DNA from: an uncultured Alphaproteobacteria bacterium
GTDB lineage: Bacteria > Pseudomonadota > Alphaproteobacteria > RF32 > CAG-239
Length of the DNA: 59,818 nt
NCBI GenBank assembly: GCA_944390905.1
Contig: CALXRR010000002.1
Coordinates: forward strand, 1-59,818
Direction: 5' to 3'
The notes beneath the pieces are model-generated. The model did not search any database, was not told the DNA's origin, and saw only the letters and a list, made by a program, of their open reading frames with translations. Made by a program: the position numbers and the translations under genes. Of this stretch, positions 1-8,055 are shown in pieces; the stretch's first letter is position 1, and each line of letters opens with the position of its first letter.

Positions 1-59
1 ACCTTTTGTTTCTGACAAAGGTGCGTTGTTTTAACTATAAAAACAATGGAGCTTTTGTT

Positions 60-1019
60 ATGAAAATACGCTTTTTATTAATCGGGACTTCTCTGTCCTT
101 AATCCCCAATTTGACCTCTGCCCAGTGCGTAGCAACGCAGGATTGCGCCACTTTGGGTTATACCGAGACAAGCTGCTCCGGCGGCACCGGTGTCAAATGC
201 CCCTTTGGCAACAAATGGGCTTGCTTCAAATCCGAGTCGGAAATCTGTAATGACCTTGGCTTCACTCTCACCTGCACCGGCTCCAACCAAACCGGTGGCG
301 CCGGCAAGGCTTGCAACGGTAAATACAATATCTGTAAATGTGCTACGAATTTTACATGGAACACGGATACCAAATCATGCGAGGTTAATACTGCTAACTG
401 CACCGTAGGGGCATTATATTACAGCGACGGCACTTGCTCAAATGACTATATATCCGACAAGCAACTTCTAGGTATTGTAATTTATGAAAAATCAGACAGT
501 GAAAGCGGTTGGGTGATGGCTCATAACACAATATATAATATTCATTGGTCTTCATCATATGGAGATATTTCCGGAGTTTTAACAACTTCATCTCAATCTG
601 GTTTGACTGATATACAAGCCAGTTGCACTAATACAGATATTATTACTTCTAAAGGTAGCAAATCAGCATATCCGGCAGCATGGGCGGCTAAGAACTATAC
701 AGAAGGTGACAAAACATGGTGCTTGCCTTCAGGCGGATTATTAAAGATAGCCTTAGATAACGCATATAACTTCACTAAATTCAATAATGCAATTAGAATA
801 GTTCAAACTGCTTCAGGTGCCAGTGCTGCAAGGATGTTAGGAGATGTATCCAGTGGAACTGAACGCATTTGGTCGTCATCTGAGTCTGGCAACGATAGTA
901 GTGGCAACGACACCGCGTGGATATTTTACGTCAATACAAGTGGTGTATTCGGTATGAGCAAAGGAACTAAGGGCAGCTGGGGTACCCTCGGCTTTGTTCG
1001 TCCGGTGCTCGCTTTCTAG
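60..1019 (+). CDS. Secreted Cys-rich protein with DUF1566 (Lcl C-terminal)-like domain; paralog of 57152..57889
   Basis: ATG at 60 starts a signal peptide (MKIRFLLIGTSLSLIP...AQC). The ORF-track start at 6 is a non-ATG upstream extension. The N-terminal module has about 12 Cys (CVATQDCATLGYTETSCSGG..KCPFGNKWACF). The C-terminal WCLPSGGLL...IWSSSE...VRPVLAF pattern resembles DUF1566. Confidence 0.6.
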   Translation: MKIRFLLIGTSLSLIPNLTSAQCVATQDCATLGYTETSCSGGTGVKCPFGNKWACFKSESEICNDLGFTLTCTGSNQTGGAGKACNGKYNICKCATNFTWNTDTKSCEVNTANCTVGALYYSDGTCSNDYISDKQLLGIVIYEKSDSESGWVMAHNTIYNIHWSSSYGDISGVLTTSSQSGLTDIQASCTNTDIITSKGSKSAYPAAWAAKNYTEGDKTWCLPSGGLLKIALDNAYNFTKFNNAIRIVQTASGASAARMLGDVSSGTERIWSSSESGNDSSGNDTAWIFYVNTSGVFGMSKGTKGSWGTLGFVRPVLAF

Positions 1020-1036
1020 GTTTTTATCCCACTACC

Positions 1037-1180
1037 GGCACTGTCATCCTCGGGCTTGACCCGGGGATACAGTGCCCAAAACCCAACACCGGCACCATGC
1101 AAGCATCGCGAATAATTAAAACACTAAACAAGCCACCGCTAACCTAGGGCTCCCCGCCTCCACGGGCACCGTGGCGGCAC
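1037..1180. repeat. Interspersed palindromic repeat module (hairpin ggcactgtcatcctcgggcttgacccggggatacagtgcc plus gccaccgctaacctagggctcc..ccacgggcaccgtggcggcac)
   Basis: A near-identical module sits at 57901..58057, downstream of the paralogous gene. An inverted partial copy is at about 56110..56175 and a partial copy at 56232..56250. Self-complementary arms are visible by eye. Confidence 0.8.
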
Positions 1181-1190
1181 AGCCAGAGAA

Positions 1191-1892
1191 TTAAGGGCGA
1201 GTTTTTTTGGTGGCAACCACTTTCTGATACATTCCGCGATGGTACAATACCGTTCGCCACATAAAACCATCTTTGCGAGTAGCATAAGAGGCAATATCTC
1301 GCTCCCAAATTTTTTCGGCAAACGGCTGATACAACCGGTTAAACATTCTGATAAAATAGCGTAGCGGATTCCACTTTCCGGGGTCATGATATTCAATAAA
1401 CACCACTTTCCCTTTGGGTTTAACCAAAGACAAAGCATTATCAACCACCTTGGTTTTTGACATCGGCGGCAGCTCATGCAGCAAATTATAACATATCACC
1501 GCGTCAAACTTCTCATCACTGGTATATTTTGCGGCATCGGCTTTTTCCAAATCCAGATTTGCAAACAAATATTGATATTTATTTTCGCATCGTTTAATCT
1601 GCCGCGGATGATTATCAATCACCAAATAATACCCGTAACGCCCGATTTTATAAGCCGTATCTTCAATTTGAGAGCCAAAAGTCGCTCCCATTTGCAACAC
1701 TCTTCCTCTAGCCGGAATCTCGCGCAACACAGCATTGACCAACTTTCGATAAGCCCCTAAAGTAATAAGGTTGATAAACCATTGGTGCTTGTCAATAAAT
1801 TCATACACATCACGATGATTATACAGCCAATCATATACCGGCGGCACAACGGCGGTAATTTTGCTGGTATTACTATCTTTTTCGACGCTCAT
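1191..1892 (-). CDS. Class I SAM-methyltransferase-fold protein with atypical motif I, RquA-like (rhodoquinone biosynthesis) candidate
   Basis: 233 aa. Motif I reads GRVLQMGATFG (Q replaces the usual D, and GxGxG is absent). The N-terminal VPPVYDWLY..D..W.INLITLGAYRKL and the post-motif region DAVICYNLLHELP..LVKPKGKVVFIEYH fit a UbiE/UbiG-like fold. Confidence 0.5.
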   Translation of the reverse strand: MSVEKDSNTSKITAVVPPVYDWLYNHRDVYEFIDKHQWFINLITLGAYRKLVNAVLREIPARGRVLQMGATFGSQIEDTAYKIGRYGYYLVIDNHPRQIKRCENKYQYLFANLDLEKADAAKYTSDEKFDAVICYNLLHELPPMSKTKVVDNALSLVKPKGKVVFIEYHDPGKWNPLRYFIRMFNRLYQPFAEKIWERDIASYATRKDGFMWRTVLYHRGMYQKVVATKKTRP

Positions 1893-1899
1893 TTTTCTC

Positions 1900-2250
1900 T
1901 CAAAGCTTAAAATAACTATCCACGAGTCTGACAGATTCGTTAAAAATAGTCAAACAGTTCTGCAAAAGTTGTTCATCTAACCTAAGGTCATCATCATTGA
2001 GTATAACCTCTTCAATTTCAGAGCATAGCTTGGCAAAATCCTCCAACCCAAAGACCAACGCGGCAGATGACGCATTGTGAAAAATCAAACGTATCTCGCT
2101 TTTGTTACCGAGTTTAAACAATTCATCAAGCATATCAAGCTTTTCGGAAGTGTTTGATTTGAACTCAGCCCACAAAGACAAGAGCTTTTCGCGCCCAAGT
2201 AAAGTTTCATACTTTTGTATAATCGCCGGATTAAATATTGGTAACGCCAT
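1900..2250 (-). CDS. Hpt (histidine phosphotransfer) domain-like protein
   Basis: The likely start is MALPIFNP at 2250. IFHNASSAALVFGLEDFAKLCSEIEE resembles the Hpt H-x-x-K/x-G/S-S-x-x-x-G helix. The start overlaps the rsmE stop by 20 nt. Confidence 0.4.
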   Translation of the reverse strand: MALPIFNPAIIQKYETLLGREKLLSLWAEFKSNTSEKLDMLDELFKLGNKSEIRLIFHNASSAALVFGLEDFAKLCSEIEEVILNDDDLRLDEQLLQNCLTIFNESVRLVDSYFKL

Positions 2251-2995
2251 TTTCTTCCACCTCTTCAGTCCAATCACCTGCGGCAGCCTGCCAACAAGCC
2301 AAAGCCGCAGCCACGGCGGTTTCAGCTCGTAAAATTCTTTTGCCTAACGATACTCCTTGCGCAAAAGGCGCTTTTCGCAGAGCCTGCAGTTCGTCAGCAT
2401 CAAAACCACCTTCTGGCCCAACCAAAATGGCCGCTTTGGAGCCTTTCGCCTTGCCAAAAACATTCAAGACACTTTCACCACCACCGGTCTCATCCATAAA
2501 AAACAGCTTGCGCTCCGGATTCCAGTTTAGCAAAATCTTTTCCAGACTGACGCACTCGCCAATTTCGGGCACATCGACCCTTCTTGATTGCTCTGCCGCT
2601 TCAATAGCCTGAGCCTTAAACCTGTCTGTTTTAACTTTATCGGTGATTGTAAATTTTGTAAAGACCGGAATAATCTTTCGCACGCCAAGTTCGGTAGCTT
2701 TTTGAATTACAAAATCGGTTTGGTCTTTTTTTAGCGGGGCAAACAACAGCCAAATATCCGGAGAAGGCTCAAATTTTTTGGTCTGTTTGATTATTTTAAG
2801 CAAGGTGTGTTTTTTATCGCTTTTTTCGATTCGGCATAAGAACTCACCATCGCGGTTATTGAAGCATAAAATCTCATCGCCGGTTTGCACTTTCATCACA
2901 TTGCACAAATAATGACTTTGCGCCTCCCCCAAGGTTGGCGCAAAATCCTCATTAACAACAATGTCTGTATATAGTCTGATTTTTACTTTTTTCAC
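2231..2995 (-). CDS. rsmE: 16S rRNA (uracil1498-N3)-methyltransferase RsmE
   Basis: 254 aa with a PUA-like N-terminus. SPOUT motifs are present: LLFAPLKKDQTDFVIQKATELGV, AEQSRR and LVGPEGGF..E...L......VSLG.RILRAETA. Confidence 0.85.
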   Translation of the reverse strand: MKKVKIRLYTDIVVNEDFAPTLGEAQSHYLCNVMKVQTGDEILCFNNRDGEFLCRIEKSDKKHTLLKIIKQTKKFEPSPDIWLLFAPLKKDQTDFVIQKATELGVRKIIPVFTKFTITDKVKTDRFKAQAIEAAEQSRRVDVPEIGECVSLEKILLNWNPERKLFFMDETGGGESVLNVFGKAKGSKAAILVGPEGGFDADELQALRKAPFAQGVSLGKRILRAETAVAAALACWQAAAGDWTEEVEENGVTNI

Positions 2996-2998
2996 GTT

Positions 2999-3550
2999 TT
3001 AAATAACTCTGAGTTCCAAAACTTTAGCTTCCAAAGCTTTTACCTGAGCTCCGGTAGAAAGCAAATCCAAGTTAACTGTAGTAAATCCCGAAGCTACTGC
3101 TTTGTAAAGAAGGATGACGACATCGCCTCTTTTTTCTCTTTTAACAAATTGCAACCCGTTAGAGCGATTTTCAAAGTTCCATTTAGCATCGTCATCTTCG
3201 GTTAATCTGACAGCTACGAATTGCCCTTTAGATACAGATAAAGAGGTACGGTAATCATCAACCATATCAACCAATACCAAAGAACCCTCATTTCCGGTGT
3301 TTAAAAGCTTGTTGGCAATATCTTTGCTGTAATCGTAATTATAGTTATAAGTTTTACGTTGGCTGTCATCATTAGCGTTTGCTTCTTCATGTGAAGAGTT
3401 CTGAGCTCCCGGCACGAAACCTGTTTCAAAGAAGCCGCGGCTCATAGCTTTACTTGCACTTTCGACAATAAGCGCCTGAGCCCCATTGGCAACCAAGGAG
3501 AAGATGCATGTCAGCAAGATTAAAGCTGTATTTCTTATTATGTTTCTCAT
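2999..3550 (-). CDS. Secreted hypothetical protein
   Basis: The internal ATG at 3550 gives the signal peptide MRNIIRNTALILLTCIFSLVANGAQA. It is a compact ORF of about 183 aa with no recognisable catalytic motif. Confidence 0.5.
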   Translation of the reverse strand: MRNIIRNTALILLTCIFSLVANGAQALIVESASKAMSRGFFETGFVPGAQNSSHEEANANDDSQRKTYNYNYDYSKDIANKLLNTGNEGSLVLVDMVDDYRTSLSVSKGQFVAVRLTEDDDAKWNFENRSNGLQFVKREKRGDVVILLYKAVASGFTTVNLDLLSTGAQVKALEAKVLELRVI

Positions 3551-3704
3551 GACACCCTCGCTTATAAACCAAATAATTAATAAAGTCAAAGGATAATTAA
3601 AACTTGGATTTTTTCCTTTTTATAATTGTATATTAGCATAAATGTGCTAAATATGGAACAAGAATTATGTTAAACTTTTGTGACAGAAACAGAAAGGACT
3701 TTAT

Positions 3705-4379
3705 ATGATAATCACGATTGACGGGCCAGCCTCAGCAGGGAAGGGGACTTTAGCTTCTTATCTTGCAGACCGCTATCATTTAGCCTATTTTGATACGGGG
3801 ATGGTTTACCGCGCCGTAGGTCTGGAGATGTTGCTCCAAGGACTGGATACCGCAAATGAGGATGCCGCAGCCGCTATAGCCGGAGCTCTGACCTTTCAAA
3901 AGATGATGGAGCTGTCACAAAATCCGGAGTTCAGAGGCCCGCAAGGCGGCAAAAACGCCTCAATTGTTTCAGCTTATCCTAGGGTTCGGAGTTTGTTGTT
4001 GAAGATGCAGCAGGATTTTGCGCTCCATCCGGTGTTCAAAGACGGTAGCCCTGCAAATGGAGCTATTTATGATGGGCGTGATACCGGTACGGTAGTTTGC
4101 CCTGATGCCGATATCAAGTTTTTTGTCACCGCCTCAGCCGAGGTTAGAGCCGAGCGTCGCTATAAAGAATTTGTCGCCAAAGGGATTAAAACCGATTATC
4201 AAGAAGTCTTACAAGACATCAAATCTCGCGATGAACGCGATTCTACCCGCTCGGCTGCTCCGCTCCGTGCTGCACCTGATGCCATACATCTTGATACCTC
4301 CGATTTAAGCATTGAAGAGGTTGAAGTCAAAGCCTGTGAGATAATAGATTCTGTAATAAGCCGCAAAAAATTGGCCTAA
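3705..4379 (+). CDS. cmk: Cytidylate kinase
   Basis: P-loop IITIDGPASAGKGT, then YFDTGMVYRA and DGRDTGTVV motifs. It lies directly upstream of rpsA, the classic synteny. Confidence 0.9.
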   Translation: MIITIDGPASAGKGTLASYLADRYHLAYFDTGMVYRAVGLEMLLQGLDTANEDAAAAIAGALTFQKMMELSQNPEFRGPQGGKNASIVSAYPRVRSLLLKMQQDFALHPVFKDGSPANGAIYDGRDTGTVVCPDADIKFFVTASAEVRAERRYKEFVAKGIKTDYQEVLQDIKSRDERDSTRSAAPLRAAPDAIHLDTSDLSIEEVEVKACEIIDSVISRKKLA

Positions 4380-4414
4380 ATTCCCAAAAAAAACGCAAAG
4401 AATGCACTTTTTTC

Positions 4415-4442
4415 TTGAGTTTTTATATATTTAGTATATAAC
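4415..4442 (+). promoter_or_regulatory. Candidate sigma70-type promoter for rpsA
   Basis: TTGAGT (4415-4420), a 16-nt spacer, then TATAAC (4437-4442), about 108 nt upstream of the rpsA ATG. This is pattern match only. Confidence 0.3.
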
Positions 4443-4549
4443 ATACGCAACTCCGAGTAAAGCGGTGCGGCTTTGCTATGGCAGTTTAACCCCGCACAAG
4501 TCCGCCTTGTTTAGGCAAGGGTCTGGCAATTTTTAGAAATAAATATTTA

Positions 4550-6232
4550 ATGATTAATACTGAAGTTAAAATTCCTGAAATGACTGAAGATTTTGAAGCC
4601 TTGTTGAATGAACAATTTGGCGACAAAGGCATTACTGGTTCAGTTGTTAAGGGAACCATCGTCCGTGTAACCCCTGATTTTGCCACTGTTGATGTTGGCT
4701 TGAAGTCAGAAGGCCGCATTCCTCTGCGTGAATTCGGTCAAAATGCCGAGCTCAAAGCCGGTGACGTAGTTGAAGTTTATGTTGACCGCTATGAAGACAA
4801 AGATGGCAACATCGTTTTGTCACGTGAAAAAGCTCGCCGTGAAGAAGTATGGCAAGATCTTGAAAAATCAATGAACGCTAACGAACGCGTTAACGGCGTA
4901 ATCTTTGGCCGCGTTAAAGGTGGTTTCACCGTTGATTTGAACGGCGCTATCGCATTCTTGCCGGGTTCACAGATTGATATTCGTCCGATTCGCGACATTA
5001 CTCCGTTAATGGGCATTTCTCAGCCGTTCCAAATTTTGAAGATGGACAAGGTAAGAGGCAACATCGTTGTTTCACGCCGTGTTGTTCTTGAAGAGACCAG
5101 AGCTGAAGCCCGCGCAGAATTGATTGATACCTTGAAAGAAGGTTCAGAGCTTGAGGGTGTTGTTAAAAACATCACCGACTACGGTGCATTCATTGATTTG
5201 GGCGGCGTAGACGGTTTGTTGCACGTAACCGATATCTCTTGGAAGCGTATCAACCATCCGGCTGAAGTCTTGAGCGTTGGCCAGACTGTAAAAGTTAAGG
5301 TAATCAAGTTCAATGAAGACAATCAGCGTATTTCTTTGGGTATGAAACAGCTTGAAGAAGATCCTTGGAAGAACGTTGCAGACAAATATAAAGTTGGCGA
5401 AATCTACAAAGGTAAAGTTACCAACATCACCGACTACGGTGCATTTGTAGAACTCGAAGACGGTATTGAAGGTTTGGTTCACGTTTCAGAGATGAGCTGG
5501 ACCCGCAAAAACGTTCACCCAGGTAAAATCGTTTCTACTTCCCAAGAAGTTGAAGTTAAAGTTCTGGAAGTTGATTCCGACAAGAGAAGAATCAGCCTCG
5601 GCATCAAACAATGCACACCTAACCCTTGGGCTGCTTATATTGAGGAGCATCCGGTTGGGTCTGTTATTGAAGGCAAAATCAAAAACATTACCGAATTTGG
5701 TTTGTTTGTAGGCCTTTCTGATGAAATCGATGGTATGATTCACCTTTCTGACATCTCTTGGGATAAGTCTGGCGAAGAAGCCGTTAAAGACTACACCAAA
5801 GGTCAGGATATTGAAGCCAAAATCATTGATGTTGATGTTGAAAAAGAACGCATTTCTTTGGGCATCAAACAATTGACTGAAGACGCTGTTTCTGGCGCTT
5901 TGGAGGGTTTCAAGAAAGGTGATGTTGTTAAAGCTACCGTTGTCAGCGTTGACGACAAAGGCGTAAATGTTGATGTAAACGGCGTTTCAGCTATCATCAA
6001 AAAGGCTGACTTGTCTAAAGACAAGGCTGCTCAAAATCCTGAAAACTACAAAGAAGGAGATGTCTTGGAAGCAAAAGTTACTTCTGTTGACAAGAAGAAC
6101 AATAAGCTTGGTATCTCTGTTAAAGCTCTCGAGATTGATGAAGAGAAGAAAGTTTTGGAAGAATATTCCAACAACACTTCTGGCTCAACCTTAGGGGATG
6201 CTTTGGGTGAAGCTTTGAAAAAGAACGCCTAA
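4550..6232 (+). CDS. rpsA: 30S ribosomal protein S1
   Basis: 560 aa with six tandem S1/OB repeats (G.V..I..YGAF.DLGG.DGL.H.S... recurring). Confidence 0.95.
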   Translation: MINTEVKIPEMTEDFEALLNEQFGDKGITGSVVKGTIVRVTPDFATVDVGLKSEGRIPLREFGQNAELKAGDVVEVYVDRYEDKDGNIVLSREKARREEVWQDLEKSMNANERVNGVIFGRVKGGFTVDLNGAIAFLPGSQIDIRPIRDITPLMGISQPFQILKMDKVRGNIVVSRRVVLEETRAEARAELIDTLKEGSELEGVVKNITDYGAFIDLGGVDGLLHVTDISWKRINHPAEVLSVGQTVKVKVIKFNEDNQRISLGMKQLEEDPWKNVADKYKVGEIYKGKVTNITDYGAFVELEDGIEGLVHVSEMSWTRKNVHPGKIVSTSQEVEVKVLEVDSDKRRISLGIKQCTPNPWAAYIEEHPVGSVIEGKIKNITEFGLFVGLSDEIDGMIHLSDISWDKSGEEAVKDYTKGQDIEAKIIDVDVEKERISLGIKQLTEDAVSGALEGFKKGDVVKATVVSVDDKGVNVDVNGVSAIIKKADLSKDKAAQNPENYKEGDVLEAKVTSVDKKNNKLGISVKALEIDEEKKVLEEYSNNTSGSTLGDALGEALKKNA

Positions 6233-6264
6233 AGTCTAAAAGGTATAAGAGTTTTCGACGCTAA

Positions 6265-6300
6265 AGAGCCTGAAGGATTCGTCCTTCAGGCTCTTTTTCT
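6265..6300 (+). terminator. Rho-independent terminator after rpsA
   Basis: Stem agagcctgaagga / tccttcaggctct with loop ttcg, followed by a T-run. Confidence 0.8.
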
Positions 6301-6359
6301 GTTGCATTGCATAAAAAAACAATTATAATCAAAGCATTAATTTATAATTTATATTTATT

Positions 6360-6785
6360 ATGAGCAAAATAGTCTATAAAGAATTGCGCTGTCATTATGA
6401 AAATGCTGATTTTCATTCCATGACGGTAGAGGAGTTGTGCCAAGCACTTGATGTTAGTAGTATAGCGTTTAGTTTTTTGAAGGAAAAAGGTTGTAAGGAA
6501 CAAAGCGAATACACCTTTTGGCGTAATGTAGCCACGCAGTCGATAGAGGTTTTAAAATCTCGCAATATAAGCGTATACTTTGTTTCTTCACCGCATGATT
6601 TGGCACAAGTCTTGTTGGAAAGTTGTCATTTTAAAGAGTCTGCGGAATATATTCGCCGCGGCCATCTGGCATTTTTGCCGGATAACAAGCTTGAAGAAGT
6701 AATGAATATTCTGCTGGATTCCGAGGACGAACGTGCTGCTTTAGCTCTTACGGTTATTTCCGAAGAGCTCCAAAGCCGCAAATAA
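6360..6785 (+). CDS. Hypothetical cytoplasmic protein
   Basis: 141-aa ORF with no signal peptide and no recognised motif. It is bounded by its own terminator. Confidence 0.45.
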   Translation: MSKIVYKELRCHYENADFHSMTVEELCQALDVSSIAFSFLKEKGCKEQSEYTFWRNVATQSIEVLKSRNISVYFVSSPHDLAQVLLESCHFKESAEYIRRGHLAFLPDNKLEEVMNILLDSEDERAALALTVISEELQSRK

Positions 6786-6786
6786 T

Positions 6787-6825
6787 AAAAAAGCCTTATG
6801 TTTTTTATAACATAAGGCTTTTTTA
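6787..6825 (+). terminator. Rho-independent terminator
   Basis: Stem aaaaaagccttatg / cataaggctttttt. It looks bidirectional, with A-run and T-run flanks. Confidence 0.75.
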
Positions 6826-6884
6826 ATGATTATGGTGTAATTAATAGCATATATCTATTAAAAATAATCAAGCAGGAGGCTCTG

Positions 6885-8036
6885 ATGCATCTACGTACTG
6901 GTCTGCCTTTGTTAGTTTCCGGTCTTTTTTTATATACTTCACCGGCACAATCCATGCAATTTACTCATGACAACTGGACCTTCAATGCTGGCGGAGTCTT
7001 TAAGGCTCTATATGGTCAAAATTCATATGAAAAACAATATGATAATTATGATAATCGTAGCGAAACTTATAGCGGCTTAACCATCAATTTATCAGCAGCC
7101 TATAATATCACTCCGGAATATCAAGTTGGGGCTTTTTATAGTACCGATACCGACGGCACCAACTATTTGCATGACTATGACCTTAATGAGTGGGATGAAC
7201 AGTTTTACGGCTTTATCAAAAGTCCCTATGGTCAAATCCAAATCGGTCAAAACTATAACGTTGGTTATTTATTTTATGTCGGAGCTCCAACCACTGGCCC
7301 TTTAGGGGTTAATGATAGTACGGTTACCAACTTTTTAAATAACCCCAACTGGTATAGTACCGGAGGCAAACGAGCCGCGTATCAAACCCTCAATTCCACC
7401 CAGCTTGATACCGATAACGTAGCCGCCAAAATCAACTATATCTCGCCCACATTTTATGGCACACAGTTTGGTTTCAGCTATATGCCGCAAGCCTATAACA
7501 ACCAAGGCTTGATAAACGGTTATGCCCCTTACCATAATGAAGAGGCCTATGTTTTTGCATTGTCAAATACTCATCAGTTTGGAGAGGTTACTCTTAATAC
7601 CTATTTAGCCTATGGGCTTTATGCTCAAGATGATAATGACTATGCCGCCGGTATGCAATTAGCCTGGCGCAACTGGACATTAGGAGGTTCATATCGTCGA
7701 ACGAACATCGACGGAGACCGTTATCCGATAAATCAGCAAATAAATAATTATTTAACCGCCCCGTACTTTGACAATTTCAGAGAAGGCCAAGCATGGAACA
7801 TCGGCGCCAGCTATACTTATGATAAACTGACCACCGCTGTGACTTATTTTGAGGCACAAGCAGACTTGACAGCAAATACAGATAAATATATACAATGGAC
7901 TAACCAGTACCAATATAATAAGTACTTAAGCTTGTTTGCCACCATAGCTCACGTCAGCTTTACCGGAGCCACAAATAGTGCTTCAGATAGCAACAAGGGC
8001 TATAGCTATATTACAGGCTTTACATTAAGTATTTAG
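6885..8036 (+). CDS. Outer-membrane beta-barrel porin (paralog 1)
   Basis: Signal peptide, then an aromatic/Gly/Asn-rich sequence with alternating beta-strand pattern. It shares blocks with the next ORF (NPNWY..G.KR..Y......KINYISP.F.G..FGFSY.P; YL.A.YFDN.RE...W.I...Y). Confidence 0.6.
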   Translation: MHLRTGLPLLVSGLFLYTSPAQSMQFTHDNWTFNAGGVFKALYGQNSYEKQYDNYDNRSETYSGLTINLSAAYNITPEYQVGAFYSTDTDGTNYLHDYDLNEWDEQFYGFIKSPYGQIQIGQNYNVGYLFYVGAPTTGPLGVNDSTVTNFLNNPNWYSTGGKRAAYQTLNSTQLDTDNVAAKINYISPTFYGTQFGFSYMPQAYNNQGLINGYAPYHNEEAYVFALSNTHQFGEVTLNTYLAYGLYAQDDNDYAAGMQLAWRNWTLGGSYRRTNIDGDRYPINQQINNYLTAPYFDNFREGQAWNIGASYTYDKLTTAVTYFEAQADLTANTDKYIQWTNQYQYNKYLSLFATIAHVSFTGATNSASDSNKGYSYITGFTLSI

Positions 8037-8055
8037 CCCATTTTAGAGGACTATA

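Noticed and set aside
6-59. Upstream extensions proposed by the ORF track (6..59, 57068..57151, 16157..16291, 33411..33467, 39778..39855, 29825..29839, 27001..27027).
   Set aside because: In each case an internal ATG with a Shine-Dalgarno-like sequence starts a clean signal peptide or TM helix. The extension uses a non-ATG start through AT-rich or leader sequence, and the first two are the conserved non-coding leader.
2999-3550. Chagasin/I42-type protease inhibitor assignment for the secreted 183-aa protein.
   Set aside because: I saw only a vague beta-rich pattern (FVAVRL.ED...W.F) and could not identify the conserved inhibitor loops. I left it as hypothetical.
4789-6024. Antisense and alternative-frame ORFs inside rpsA (4789..5016, 5144..5482, 5486..5872, 5803..6024).
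   Set aside because: They are shadow ORFs opposite a highly conserved ribosomal protein gene, with no motifs. The same reasoning applies to the many short overlapping ORFs inside virB4, virB10, the secretin, the kinase and the NMO gene (for example 11862..12329, 20239..20754, 25612..26022, 40966..41418, 53299..53664).
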